DNA from: the human T2T-CHM13v2.0 reference genome, Homo sapiens
Reading direction: 5' to 3' (one strand)
Assembly: GCF_009914755.1 (NCBI RefSeq)
Contig: NC_060925.1
DNA: 64,000 nt
The notes beneath the pieces are model-generated. The model had not been told where the DNA came from and did no database searches. It was given only the letters and a program-made list of their open reading frames with translations. Both the position numbers and the translations under genes were made by a program. This document shows, piece by piece, positions 29,650 to 41,499 of this stretch (position 1 is its first letter; every line of letters begins with the position of its first letter).

Positions 29650-30430
29650 TTCCATTAAATTTTTACTAGGCATTTGATGTTCTTTGATGCGACTGGAAAT
29701 GTTTTTATAATTTCAATTTTCAATTGTTTGTCTCTAGGAAATAGAAATTTAGTTGATGCTTGCATATTAACCCGGTGTCTAATGATCTTTCTAAGTTCAT
29801 TTACTACTTCAAATATGTGTTGGACTTTTGTATATTCTATGTATATAATTATATTGCTTATGAATGACAGTTTTAAAGTTCATGTCATTTATAATTTATA
29901 TGTACTTTGCTTGTTATGCTAACTAGAAACTCTAGTACAATGTTAAATAGAAGTGCTTAATAAGGAACATCTTTGTTTACATAACTCAGGAGGAAAGCAT
30001 TCAATATCTTACTATTACTTATAAAGTTAGTGATGAGTATTTTATAGATAACCTCCACCAGAAGATCTTTCTGCCTTGTCCTGATATTCCTAGTTTACTC
30101 TAAATCTTCATCAGGAAAGGGTGTTGATTTTGTGAATACTTTCTCTGTATGTATTAAATGATCATATAAATTTTTCTTTATCTTATTAACATGGTCAATA
30201 AGATTGATTTTCTTATGTTATGAATTCCTGGAATGAATGCCTCTTGATCATAAGAAATTATCCTTTTTATACTTTGCTGGATTTGATTTGCTATTATTTT
30301 GCATCTGTGTTCCTGAGGAATATTGGCATTATAATTTTTCTTTATTGTTATGTCTTTTCTAGTTTTGTGTCAGAGTTATACTAGCCTTATAACATGAGTT
30401 GGTAAGCGTTCCTTCATTTTGAATTCTCTC
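29650..30430 (-). mobile_element. Old L1M ORF2 fragment
   Basis: ctctagtacaatgttaaatagaag; ggaaagcattcaatat; tttgctggatttgatttgcta. Confidence 0.8.
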
Positions 30431-30540
30431 TGAGACAGATAGGCTGAGGAACATCACCTCATTCCAATTAGAGCTTGAGCAGGATTAGGACTGGGCACAG
30501 TTTTAGTGAGGCTCAATCCATATCAGTTTCACTTCTATTC

Positions 30541-30832
30541 ATTTCTTTCTTTCTTTTTTTAGAGTTGGAATCTCACTCTATTGCCCAGCCTAGAGTGCAG
30601 TGCCATGATCATGGCTTACTATAGCCTTGAACTCGTGAGCTCAAGCGATCCTTTCACCTCAGCCTCCTGAGTGGCTGAGGCCGCTGTGCCCGGCCTTTAA
30701 AAAAAATTATTTTTGTAGAGATGGAGTCTCACTATGTTGCCCATGCTGGTCTTGAACTCCTTTCTCAAGCAATCCTCTTGCTTTGGCCTCTGAAAGTACT
30801 GGGATTACAGGCATGAGCCTTCATGCCTGGCC
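30541..30832 (-). mobile_element. AluJ
   Basis: Reverse dimer with J diagnostics and a small internal deletion. Confidence 0.9.
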
Positions 30833-30839
30833 CTCACTG

Positions 30840-31750
30840 CTTTCTCAGGCATGAACCTTACAGAATTTTGATTGAAATACTGGTAGTTCTATTTCATGAG
30901 AATCCTTCATTTCAAAAGTTTAGAGCTGACTCTTTAGTCTCTCACCTCATGTAGTACAGAATCAAAATCAGGCAAATGTCTTAAAGGGATGGAGTAGGGA
31001 GTTGGTTTTGTTTTTGTTCACAGTGGGACATTGTTTCTCAAGCCCAAATGGGGGATATTTTACTCCACCTTTCCACATCAGGCTCCTAGCTTCCTGTACA
31101 CCTTGAGATTTCAAGAAGCATTGCATGTAGGGAAAATAGCCAAGCATTTTTATTTCCTCTAGTGTCCAATCTGTCACACCATCCTGAAACAACTGTCAAG
31201 AGCTTTTCTGTTTTTTCTTTCCCTATATGTTGTGTTCCTGCATGGGCTAAATATGACCCTCAGCCCAGGCCCAGACTTGGCAAATGCCACCGGGGAAGGA
31301 AACAGCTGGTGGTCATCAGCTCACCTAGAATGGGCTCTTCTCTCCACAGAATGTTAGTTCACCTGTACTTGTTACTTCCAACATTGCCTGTTGTATTTAA
31401 CAATTAATTCTTGTAATTTATCCATTTTTAGTTAGTTCTTATAGATAGATAAAATGTTAGCCTCCCATGACCGAACACATCTTACCTAGAATCAAAAGTC
31501 TTATCTTTAGATATTTTGGAATTTATATACAGTCATGTAATTGTTTAATAGTCAGAAGCATTTCCCAGTTTTAATTTTTATATGTCTTTCTTTTCAATTC
31601 TTATACCTTTTATTTATTTTTCTTGTCTTATTGCATTCATAAGACCTCTAGTATAATGCCCTATCTCATTCAGACTATCAGAGGGAAAGTTTTCAATATT
31701 TTAAGAAAGTTGCATTGTATTCCTGGTGTCCTAAAATATGTTATCATTCA
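30840..31750 (-). mobile_element. Old L1M 5'-region and ORF2 fragments
   Basis: ttggcaaatgccaccggggaaggaaacagctgg...cagctcacc resembles L1MC/MD 5' ends; ttatttattttcttgtcttattgca is ORF2-like. Confidence 0.45.
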
Positions 31751-31936
31751 TTTTTTTCTTAATCTTTGCACAGGCTAAGCATAGAGACATTTACAATCAC
31801 CAAGACAACTCCAAAAATCTTAACACAATGGGCGCAATTTTAACACATGAGTTTTAGAGAGTAATGCATTTGGAATATCACCTACATAAACAGAAGTGAT
31901 TTTGGTAATTAAAATCTGCCTTTTATATTTAGATAC

Positions 31937-32312
31937 CGTATTAGTTTGTTTTCACATGGCTATAAAGAACTGCCCTAGACTGGGTACATTATGAAGAAAA
32001 AAGGTTTAATTGACTCACAGTTCTGCATGGCTGGGGAGGCCTCAGGAAACTTACAATCATGGCAGAAGGCAAAGGGGAAGCAAGGCAGGTCTTTCATGGC
32101 AGCAGGAGAGAGAGCTCGCAAGGAAGTACCACACTTTTAAACCACCAGATCTTTAAACCATCAGATCTTGAGAGATCTCACTCTTACCACAAGAACAGCA
32201 TGGGGAAACCTCCTGCATGATCCAATCCCCTCCCACCAGGCCCCTCTCCTGACACATGGAGATTAAAATTCCACATGAGATTCGGGTGAGGACACAGAGC
32301 CAAACCATATCA
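31937..32312 (-). mobile_element. THE1D/MSTA-like solo LTR
   Basis: gtattagtttgttttcac...gacacagagccaaaccatatca; TSD GATAC/GATAG; internal 16-bp tandem duplication. Confidence 0.92.
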
Positions 32313-32679
32313 GATAGGTACACAGTCTATGTAATATTTTCCAAAAATCATGCTCCATGTATACATTAATCTTATGTTTTATTCATAACAAATAATTAGT
32401 ACAGATCTGCTATTGCTAAAAACAGATAAGGATTCTCCTGCTAATAAATACTGTTAGCGTGCTTCCTAGGCGTTCTGTTATTATCAAGTTTATAAGGGGA
32501 TATGACTAGGTGAACCCCTTCTTCCCTGGACATACCCCTAGAGAGGGCAAATAGATAGCACAACTGCTGCCTATTTCTTATTTAATTTTCACATATTAAA
32601 TCAAATGTATATGCCTAGAATAGGCTACATTTGGCCATGATGTATTGTCATTGTTGTATTTTCCTGGGTTCTGTTTGCT

Positions 32680-33400
32680 TTTTTTCAGCTTTTATTTTTA
32701 AATTAGAAAAGTTTCAAAAATATTACAGGGAGCTCATGTAAACTCTTTCACCTGGCTTCCCCTAATGTTAACAACTTACATAGCCATCATGCAATGATAA
32801 AAACCAGGAGATTATCAATTGATATGATCCTACTAAGTAAACTATGGACATTATTTGAATGACACCAGTTTCTCCTTTTGTCCTTTTTCTTTTCCAGCAT
32901 CTAATCCAGGATCCCCCACTGCATTTGGTGGCTGTGTCTTCTTCGTTCCCTCCAATCCAGGACCCTTCCTCCATCTGTTCTTGTCTTTCATGACCATAAC
33001 ACCTCTGGCAAGCACTGGTCAGCTGTTTTGGAGAATATATCTTAATTTGCATTTTTCTGAAATTTCCTCATTATTATAATGACATTACGCTTTTTGGGCA
33101 AAAATAATACAGAAGTGATGTTGTGTTCTTTGGTGTACATGATCTCAATATGTCTCATTACCTTAGTGTTGTCCTTGATAACTTGGTTAAGTGATGTCCA
33201 TCCGATTTCATTACTGTAGAGTTACCATTTTTTCCTTTTGTGATTGATAAACATTATGAGAAAGAAACTTTGAAACCATCTTAATATCCTGTTTTTCCTC
33301 AGATTTTCACTCATTGATTCGAGCATACTTAGGAGGATGTTGCATGCTATTACTTTGGTGTATTTCTAATGGTGATTTTCTTCACCGTTTCCCATCCACT
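32680..33400 (-). mobile_element. L1MC-type 3'UTR fragment
   Basis: cttcccctaatgttaaca; atccaggatccccactgcatttgg; ttggttaagtgatgtc. Confidence 0.75.
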
Positions 33401-34156
33401 GTAGGAAAAGGAATCCTTATTCTGTAAAGGCAGAAAGTTTAACAGAATTTTTGTGGAAAACAGAATGTGTCATGCTGAATATATAGCTCAGGAAATTTCA
33501 AAGCAAAGATTTGAAGGTGCTGCCTGGCTTCTTTTTGGCACTTGTAATATGCAAGAGGAGGAAGATAAATTGAGGAGAGAACAGTTCAACAACAATAAAA
33601 AGAAAAAAAAAACAAGACTAGGAGATTTTGAAAATGTTCAGCCTTTCCAGATGGCATTAGGTGCTAAGTGTCAGAAAAGACTGCTAAAAGTGTGGTGTAG
33701 AGAAAAGGCTGGGTGTGTGATTGACAACACATCTTTTTCTAAAACCACAGAAATATCAAGAGATCACACAAGAGGCCCCATCAAGAGATGAAGGGTGTGC
33801 CCCCTCAGATCCTCTTAATCAACACAGAGGGCCTCTAGCAAACTTACAGGGCTGCCCCTCAGCTATCTCAGCAGAAGCCAAAGGTAAAGAAGGGCTCACA
33901 TAAAAAAAATATTAGGAGTGTGGGTTTTGTCTAACGGAGCGAATCCCTGTGAAATAAATTCAGGATCCACAATGTTCTTGAGAAAATTGCTTCAGCAGAA
34001 ACACTACCATCTTAGACAAAAAGGAAAAAAGAAAATATAAAATGAAAGGGAATGTGGGATCCCCCCAAATTCTGCTAGCAGGAAGCAGGCTGATAAATAA
34101 CTCAACTGCAAACACCTGCTACATTTTATGAATAATTAAGGATAATTCAGAGGGTG

Positions 34157-34232
34157 GAGCCGTGATTGCGCCACTGCATTCCAGCCTGGGTGACAGAATG
34201 AGACCCCATCTCTATAAAAATAAAAATAAAAT
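34157..34232 (+). mobile_element. Alu 3' fragment
   Basis: gagccgtgattgcgccactgcattccagcctgggtgacagaatgagaccccatctc plus A-rich tail. Confidence 0.85.
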
Positions 34233-34409
34233 TTGTATTACAGCACAAGGGATGGAGAAGGAGTGAGACGGTGTGCACAGAGCCTAAGGGGTAGAGCCAA
34301 GTGCTTAGAGGGCAGGGTTAAGAGCCTAGAGGGTGGAGTCAATCACCAAGAAGGCAGAGCCAAGAAACTGGGGCGTGGGGCCAAACACTACAAATGATTG
34401 TTCTCAGGC

Positions 34410-34806
34410 GATATTAGTCCATTAGTGTGGCTATAAAAGAATACCTGAGACTGGGTAATTTATAAAGAAAAGAGGCTTTTTTGGCTCACAGTTCCGCAAG
34501 CTTTACAGGAAATGTGGTGCTGGCATCTGCTTTTAGTGAGGGCCTCAGGATGCTTACAATCATGGAGGAGAGCAAAGGGGGAGCGGGGGGGTATCATACG
34601 GCAAAAGAGGGAGCAAGAGCCATGCCAGGCTTTTTTAAACAACCAGCTTTCATGTGAACGAATAGAGTGAGAACTCACTCATCACCAAGGGGGTGCTGAA
34701 GGGAACCACCCCCAGGATACAACACCTCCCACCAGGTCCCACCTCCAACATGGGGGATTGCATTTCGACATGAGATTTGGAGTGGACACACATCCCAACC
34801 ACATCA
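34410..34806 (-). mobile_element. MSTB-like solo LTR
   Basis: gaatacctgagactgggtaatttataaagaaaagagg...; perfect 5-bp TSD CAGGC. Confidence 0.92.
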
Positions 34807-35550
34807 CAGGCCTTGAAAAAAAAAATCGACATTTGCTTTGCTCTATTTCAGAATTTTATAAGCTAGTGGTTGCTTTTTACCTCCCATTTTTTCACTATTT
34901 GTGCTATAATTGTCTATAATTATCCTGCACAAGTCCCATCATATTATTTTCAGTGTGTTGGAGCCAGACGACTTGTCTCTTTAGTTCACAGGTCAGTGGA
35001 CGGATTATACCCAGGGGACTCATTCTCAGCTGGGTTAGATGATTTGAATGAATTTGTGGACTTTGAGATAATGCTATAATGGGATGAGACCCTTGGGAAT
35101 CTTGGGAGAGTGTGAATGTATTTTGCATGTGGGAGGAACAGAAATCAAAGTGAAGAGAAGTGAAGATGGCTTCAGAAGGCACTTCAAAGAAAGTGGGAGT
35201 AATCCTTTTTGTTAAACTCAGGTGATAAATATATCAGTTTTCATTCTACTATTTTTCTTTATATCTTACACACATAAATGCTTTCTTACTTAATATTTAA
35301 TGAAGACAACTTATTTTTAAAAAATCAAAAAAATTTAAAACTTCCAGTTCAGTCTCACTACATAGTGGAGACTGCCAGTTGTTTGTCAACATTCTGTCTT
35401 TCTTTTCTCCACAGTGGTAGACTGATAGCTGGGTTAGTGTGCCTGTTACTATAAGTTCGCCAGTGGCAGGGGAGTGAAAATGAAGATGTTGCTTTCAGGC
35501 TTGGGCCTTCTCACTCCTTCACCATCTCTTGTGCTGGAATACAGAATTTT

Positions 35551-35858
35551 GTTCATTATTACTATTATTTTATAGACATGGGGTCTTGTTCTGCTGCCCA
35601 GGCTGGAATGCAGAAGTGCAATCATAGCTCGCTGTAACTATGAACTCCTGGGCTCAAGTGATCCTCCTTCCTCCTCCCACCAAGTGACTAGGACTACAGG
35701 CACACACCACCACCCCTGCCTAATTAAAAAAAAAATTTTTTAGAGATGAGGTCTCACTATGTTGCCCAGGCTGGTCTAGATCTCCTAGGCTTAAGTGATT
35801 CTCCTGCCTCAGTCTCCTGAGTTGCTGGGATTACAGGTGTGAGCCACTGCACCTGGTT
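35551..35858 (-). mobile_element. AluJ
   Basis: Reverse dimer; TSD GGAATACAGAATTT. Confidence 0.93.
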
Positions 35859-35924
35859 GGAATACAGAATTTAATGGAAATTCAATGGTATGGATGAGAA
35901 CAATGCTAGTGCCTGGCTTTTAAA

Positions 35925-36083
35925 TTCTTCTCCAGTTGGCAGCATCTGCATCAGCAGCAGCTCCTGCTCATTAAAGATGCAGAATACCTGGCACCTCCAT
36001 AGACCAACTGAATTAGAATCTGCAGTTTAATAAGACCTCCAGGTGATTCCTATGCACATTAACATTTGAGAAGTGCTGCTCTA
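35925..36083. mobile_element. MER5A hAT-Charlie element
   Basis: atgcagaat...actgaattagaatctgcagtttaataagacctccaggtgattcctatgcacattaacatttgagaagtgctg. Confidence 0.8.
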
Positions 36084-36217
36084 GGAGATGGTGTAGAAAC
36101 AAGATAAGAGGACCTCAAGTCCCTGAATGACTTCATGGAGCAGAACTGGACTGTTATGTAAGAGAAATGAAATTCTTGATGTCTAAGGCACTGTATCAAT
36201 GGGAGACTTTGCAATAG

Positions 36218-37027
36218 TGATAGGAACAGGAGGCAGAGAAATTCCAGGCAGGAAAGGGCAGGCTCCCTGGCAAAGCCCCACCCCCAAGCCTGGAACCATG
36301 GCCCAAAGTGAGAACATGTATTTCTGTTTTTCCCACTCAAATGTTGCCTTTTCCAAAACCACCATGGCCTGCCCTGCTCCCCGTCCTATACCCATAAAAC
36401 TCCTGACTCGACTGCCAAAGGGCAGAGAAGGGGAGAAGAGGAGAAGCAGCTGGACATTGGAGACTGTGGTTTGACATCAGAGAGAAGCAGCTTGACTTCA
36501 GAGAGATGGCTTGATGACGTTGCTTCAGAGAGGAGTCTGGCCGGGACAGCCGGACTCTGGGGGAAGATCACCTTCCCACTCCATCTCCCTTCCAGCTCCT
36601 CTTCCTGCTGAGAGCCACGTTCATTGGCAATAAAATACTTTGTATTCATCACCCTTCAATTTGTTTGTGTGACCTGGATTCTCCTGGATGCTAAACAAGA
36701 GCTCAGGTGCCACAGGTGCAGACACTGAAGGCTGTCACACTGACCCTCTGCCCTTGTGAAAAGGCAGAGGGCTCACCGAGCTGTTTAACACTTAACCCAT
36801 CTGTGGATGGCAAAGCTAAAAGAGCACTGTAACACACACCTTCTGGGGCTTCAGGGATTGCAGGTACCCCTCTAGGCGCTGCCACAGAGCTGCACAAAGT
36901 TTTGCTCCTGCCAGCACCCAAAAGCACTCATTGTGGCTCCTGCACCCACTCACCTGTGGCGGGCTGAGTAAGCGAGGCACCCCTGTCACAAGGCCTGCAA
37001 AGGGGTCAAGGAAATTTTCCTGTGTCA
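36218..37027 (+). mobile_element. Solo ERV1 LTR, LTR1 family (LTR1B-like)
   Basis: TG...CA termini, perfect 4-bp TSD ATAG, AATAAA near 36629, LTR1-type 5' sequence. Confidence 0.85.
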
Positions 37028-37076
37028 ATAGCAGATTAGCTTCACTGAGCACAAGTGGTTTGCCTTCCATCCTCAA

Positions 37077-37228
37077 TAGTCCCCAGCTACTCTGGAGGCT
37101 GAGGCACAAGAATCACTTGAACTCTGAAGGTGAAGTTTGCAGTGAGCCAAGATCATGCCACTGCACTTCAGCCTGGGCAACAGAGTGAAGCTGTCTCAAA
37201 ATAAATAAATAAATTAATTAATAAAAAA
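37077..37228 (+). mobile_element. 5'-truncated Alu (right arm)
   Basis: cccagctactctggaggctgagg...; (AAAT)n tail; TSD AATAG(T/C)CCCCA. Confidence 0.9.
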
Positions 37229-37599
37229 TAGCCCCCATTAGCGAGTCTAATTGAGAGACTGAACAAAATAAGTGAAAGTTGAGGCTTCCAATGTAGATAA
37301 TGTTGGTTCTGAAAGTAAATTCCTCTTAGTTTTTGGAATCTTCAGGGACTATAACTCAATAGCTTGCTACCTGTCTTCTTGCCATCAGAGGAAGCCAAGC
37401 AAACAGTCCCCATGTTCACATTAGGTTCCCAATCAGTATTTCCCATCAAGGGAGAAGCTTAGGCTGGGGAATCCTGCATACATAATTCATACCCATTATC
37501 TCAGGCTTGCTTTCTTCAACTTAAGTAGATAGGTGTATATAAAGAGACCACAGCATGAAGAAGAAAGATTAAAATAAAGATTAAAATGGGCCCTGGAGG

Positions 37600-40190
37600 A
37601 AACAGATAGTGCAGAGCACATAATGTAACTGAATAAAAGCTTTTGCTCTGATACTTAGCAAGAATCAAAAGGATATTTCAGCCATTAAACAATAGCAAGT
37701 CTATGAAAATAGAACAGAGAACATAAAGTTTATGTTTTTAGACATTAAGTTTATGCTTTTAAGTTTAAAAATGAGTAAAATAGAAAGCAAAGTAAAAGAC
37801 ATCTCACAAAACACAGAGCCACAAGGAAAGTGATGAAAAAATTTGAGTAAAAAATAGGCCTAGGAAATTCTGGATTTGAATAATAATGGGATTTCCTATT
37901 TTTGTTTTTGTTGCATTTGCTTTTGGGGTCTTAGTCAAAACTTATTTGACTAGGCCAATGTCCAGAAGAGTTTTTCCGAGGTTTTCTTCTAGGATTTCTA
38001 TAGTTTCAGGTCAAGCATTTATGTTTCTAATTCATCTTAATTTTTATATATGGTAAGAGGGCTGGAGTTTCATTCTTCTGCATACGGCTAGCTAATTTTC
38101 CCAGCACCATTTATTGAATAGGGTGTTCTTTCCCCATTGTTTATTTTTGTTGACTTTGTCAAAGATAAGTTGGTTGTAGGCGTGTGGTTTTATTTTTGGA
38201 TTCTCTATTCTATTTCATTGATCTATGTGTCTTTTACACAGCAAAATAAATAATCAACTGAGTAAACACACAACCTACAGAATGGGAGAAAATATTTGCA
38301 ATCTATGTCTCTGACAAAGAAGTAATAACCAGAATCTGTAAGAAACTTGGACAAAGCAACAAGATAAAAACAAACAATCCCATTAAAAACTGGACAAATG
38401 ATAGGAACAGACATTTCTCAAAAAAAGGCATACAAGTGGCCCATAAACATAAAAACAATGCTCAACATCACTAATCATCAGAGAGATGCAAATTAAAATC
38501 ACAATGAGATGCCATATCACACCAATCAGAAAGGCAATTACTAAAAAGTCAAAAAACAACAGATGTTGATGTGAATGCAGAGAAAAGGAAACACACATTG
38601 TTGGTGGGAACACAAATTAGCATAACCTCTATGGGAAACAATATGGAGATTTCTCAACTAAAAATAGGACTATCATTTGACCCAGAAATCCCCACTTTGG
38701 TCATCTACCCAGAGGAAATTAAATCATTATATAAAAAAGAAACCTGAACTTGTATGTTTATCACAGCACTATTCACAAAAGCAAAGTCATGGAATTAACC
38801 TATGGGTCCATCAACAGTTGATTGGATAAGTCAACTGGATAAAGAAAATGTGGCGTGTTTACAGCATGGAATACTATGCAGCCATAAAAAAGAATAAAAT
38901 CATGTCCTTTGCAACATTAAGGGTGGAGCCAGAGGCCATTATCCTAAGTAAAATAACTCAGAAACAGGAAATCAAATACCACATGTTCTCACTTATAAAT
39001 GGGAACTAGACAACGGGGTATACATAGACATAATGATGAAAATTATAGACCCTGAAGACTTCAAAAGGGACAGAGCAGGGGGAGTGAGGGTTGAAAATTT
39101 ACCTATTTGGTATCATGTTCACAGTTTCAGTGATGAGTATGCTAGAAGCCCAAACCACATTGTTAAAAAATATATCCATGTAATAAACCTGCACATGTAC
39201 CCCTGAATCTAAAATCATAATCATAATTATAATGGATTTCCAAAAACAGTAGATAGAATGGAGGCAGAAATTATCAAATAAACAGGTGACTTTCATTAGA
39301 GCTGAAAAAAGACCTGTCTTCAAATAGAAAGGACTTATTAAGTGCCAAGCAAGATGGATATTTGCAAAGCTATAGACACTGAGAATAAAGAGAAAAATCT
39401 TAAAATTTCTCCAAGAGGAAAACGAGTCACTCAAAACAGAGGAGGAGTGAGCCCTGACATCATATTTCTGATCAATTTCACTGTGTGTTGGAGAAATGGA
39501 ACAATGCCTTCAAAGCTGTAATAGAAAATGATTTTATGCAGCATCGTATGTTTCGGCCACACTAGCAACTCGAAGACTGAACTAAAGATATTTTCACACA
39601 TTTGAGTTAACCTCTCATTCTTTCTCTTTTCTTTGGGAGCTACCTGAAGATGTACTCTAGAGCACTAGAAAATCACCCCGGAAAGTGGAAGGTATGGGGT
39701 ACCAGGAACAGGGGTTTCTGCCAGGAAAGCAGCAAAGTCTCAGAGTGAACACTATGCTGCAGAGCTAAAGATTCACCAGCGCTGTTTGGAGTAGGAAGAC
39801 CGGAGCACCAGAGGGATTGCCAGGGAAAATGTCACTCCCCAGAACAACACGTAGTGTGATTGAAAGGATAGAAAAACTTTTTATAATAAAGGTACTTAAT
39901 GCAAGGTGGAAGAATAATGAAAAACTTCAGGATAACAAAAACTATAGTGAAAAAAACCCACTTGTCCAAATAGAAAGCAAACTGAAATGTGGCCTAGTTG
40001 TATGTAACTGATGGAGTATAATAAAATAAAATCCACTGATGTAATAAACATTTTTCTTTAAGTGGTTCTGGGATCCTAACATTGGTCTCTTAGAGAATGA
40101 AACATTATGCTAGCATACTCCTTGGTCCTGCCGTGAACAGTATTTACAAAATCATAATAATATAAATATTATTTACTAGAATTGAACTTC
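37600..40190 (+). mobile_element. HAL1-like element, split by L1PB
   Basis: ORF1-like A-rich remnant (gagaataaagagaaaaatcttaaaa; ggaacaatgccttcaaa) followed by HAL1-type 3' sequence with no ORF2. Confidence 0.6.
37897..39227 (+). mobile_element. 5'-inverted (twin-primed) L1PB
   Basis: 37897-~38236 is antisense ORF2; ~38237-39227 is sense ORF2 end plus L1PB 3'UTR; TSD ATAATG(G)GATTTCC. Confidence 0.9.
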
Positions 40191-40618
40191 TAGAACCAAG
40201 TTATGGACAGCACTGAAGATTTGGTCATAGTTTCAGAATGGAATTCTTCCACTGAAGGATGAAGGATCAAGTGGTTACTATTTGCCATGTACCATCCCAG
40301 GCTTTGAGGATACAGCAATGAATAAAGATGGAAGAGAGAGAGGAGGAGGAGGAGGAAAATCCCTAAGTTCATAAAGCTTAAGTATGTTAGCAGCTTTGAC
40401 AGCCTGTTGTTTTTGAGCGCTGCCAAAACTCCCCTCCCTCAGCTGGGTGGGTCCTAGAAAGTCCGAGTCCTTCCTGGGACCTACCACTTGACAGCCTTAG
40501 CACCGCAAGAGGGGACACAATGATTGCTATCACTCCCCTTAATGAGAAGTACCAATCACAGTGAAATTGACTGTATTTTGAAGGTCTCACTCAGGTGAAT
40601 GGCTTGTCACCGAGAGGC

Positions 40619-40662
40619 GGAGAGGGGTAACCTGTGCCTGGAGAGGGGTAACCTGTGCCTGG
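40619..40662. repeat. Perfect 21-bp tandem duplication
   Basis: GGAGAGGGGTAACCTGTGCCT x2. Confidence 0.97.
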
Positions 40663-41499
40663 GGGTGCACTGGATCAGTGCAGAGGCTGAGCAGATCGCA
40701 AGAGGGACATCACAGTCTGACTGCCCACTGCGTTAGTGAGGCAGCACCGAGAGAGGTCCTGGCACGTCGCCGATAACAATCTCTCTGCGCCGCCTTCCTT
40801 TGCTTTCTCCCTGACTCTAAGGGACCTTAATTACGACCCTAATTAACTCGCAGCAGGGGCCACTCTGGACCACCAGGAGCTTGTCAGGTAAACATCAGAA
40901 GAGAGAGGAAAAACATTTCAGCCGCTTCTAAACACAGGCCATTAAGGTTTTATTTAAAAGAAAAAGGAGAGAAAGGGAGTGATAATCTGGTGTTTACTGG
41001 CATCCCAAGAAGAGGCTACTGCCTAGAGGCACCCGGCTGCTTACCACTCTTTTCCTCTCATCAACCAGAGACAGAAACCAAAATTGCTGCTTCCAGATTT
41101 AAAAGCCTAAAACAACAGCAATCTCCCAAACAACAACAAAGCTACAAGTCCAAGGATTAAAAAAAAAAAAAAAAAAGGAAACTTAAAACATTTTCTACCA
41201 AGCAAATGCGAGGTCTAGCACATAGAATGCAATGCTAACCCTAGATTATTTACTGGTTTGTAAACAAACCCTTAGATATGGGGGGGAGGATAAAAGGTAA
41301 TTAAATCAATCATATATACATATACAAAATATTTTAGTATAAATATATGATAAATTCTGTATATGTATATATAATATATAGGTAAATTGAAACAAAGTTC
41401 TCTAATTATTAAACGAGAAATCCAAAATTTATATAGTAAATTTATACACTCAATAATTTATGTAACAAAAATGATTTTAAGAAGCTCTGATTGACTTAT

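Larger units (their letters stand above)
33400..35145 (+). mobile_element. MaLR internal region (MLT1-int), interrupted by an Alu fragment and an MST LTR
   Basis: ORF 33453-33791 (YIAQEISKQRFEGAAWLL) resembles the MaLR internal ORF; typical 3' end gtgaatgtattttgcatgtgggagg. Confidence 0.75.

Noticed and set aside
31755-31790. Faint resemblance to antisense U6 snRNA
   Set aside because: Only about 10 matching bases; insufficient.
33453-33791. 112-aa ORF as a domesticated gene
   Set aside because: MaLR internal ORF remnant with a non-ATG start and a poly-A-derived K run; no evidence of selection.
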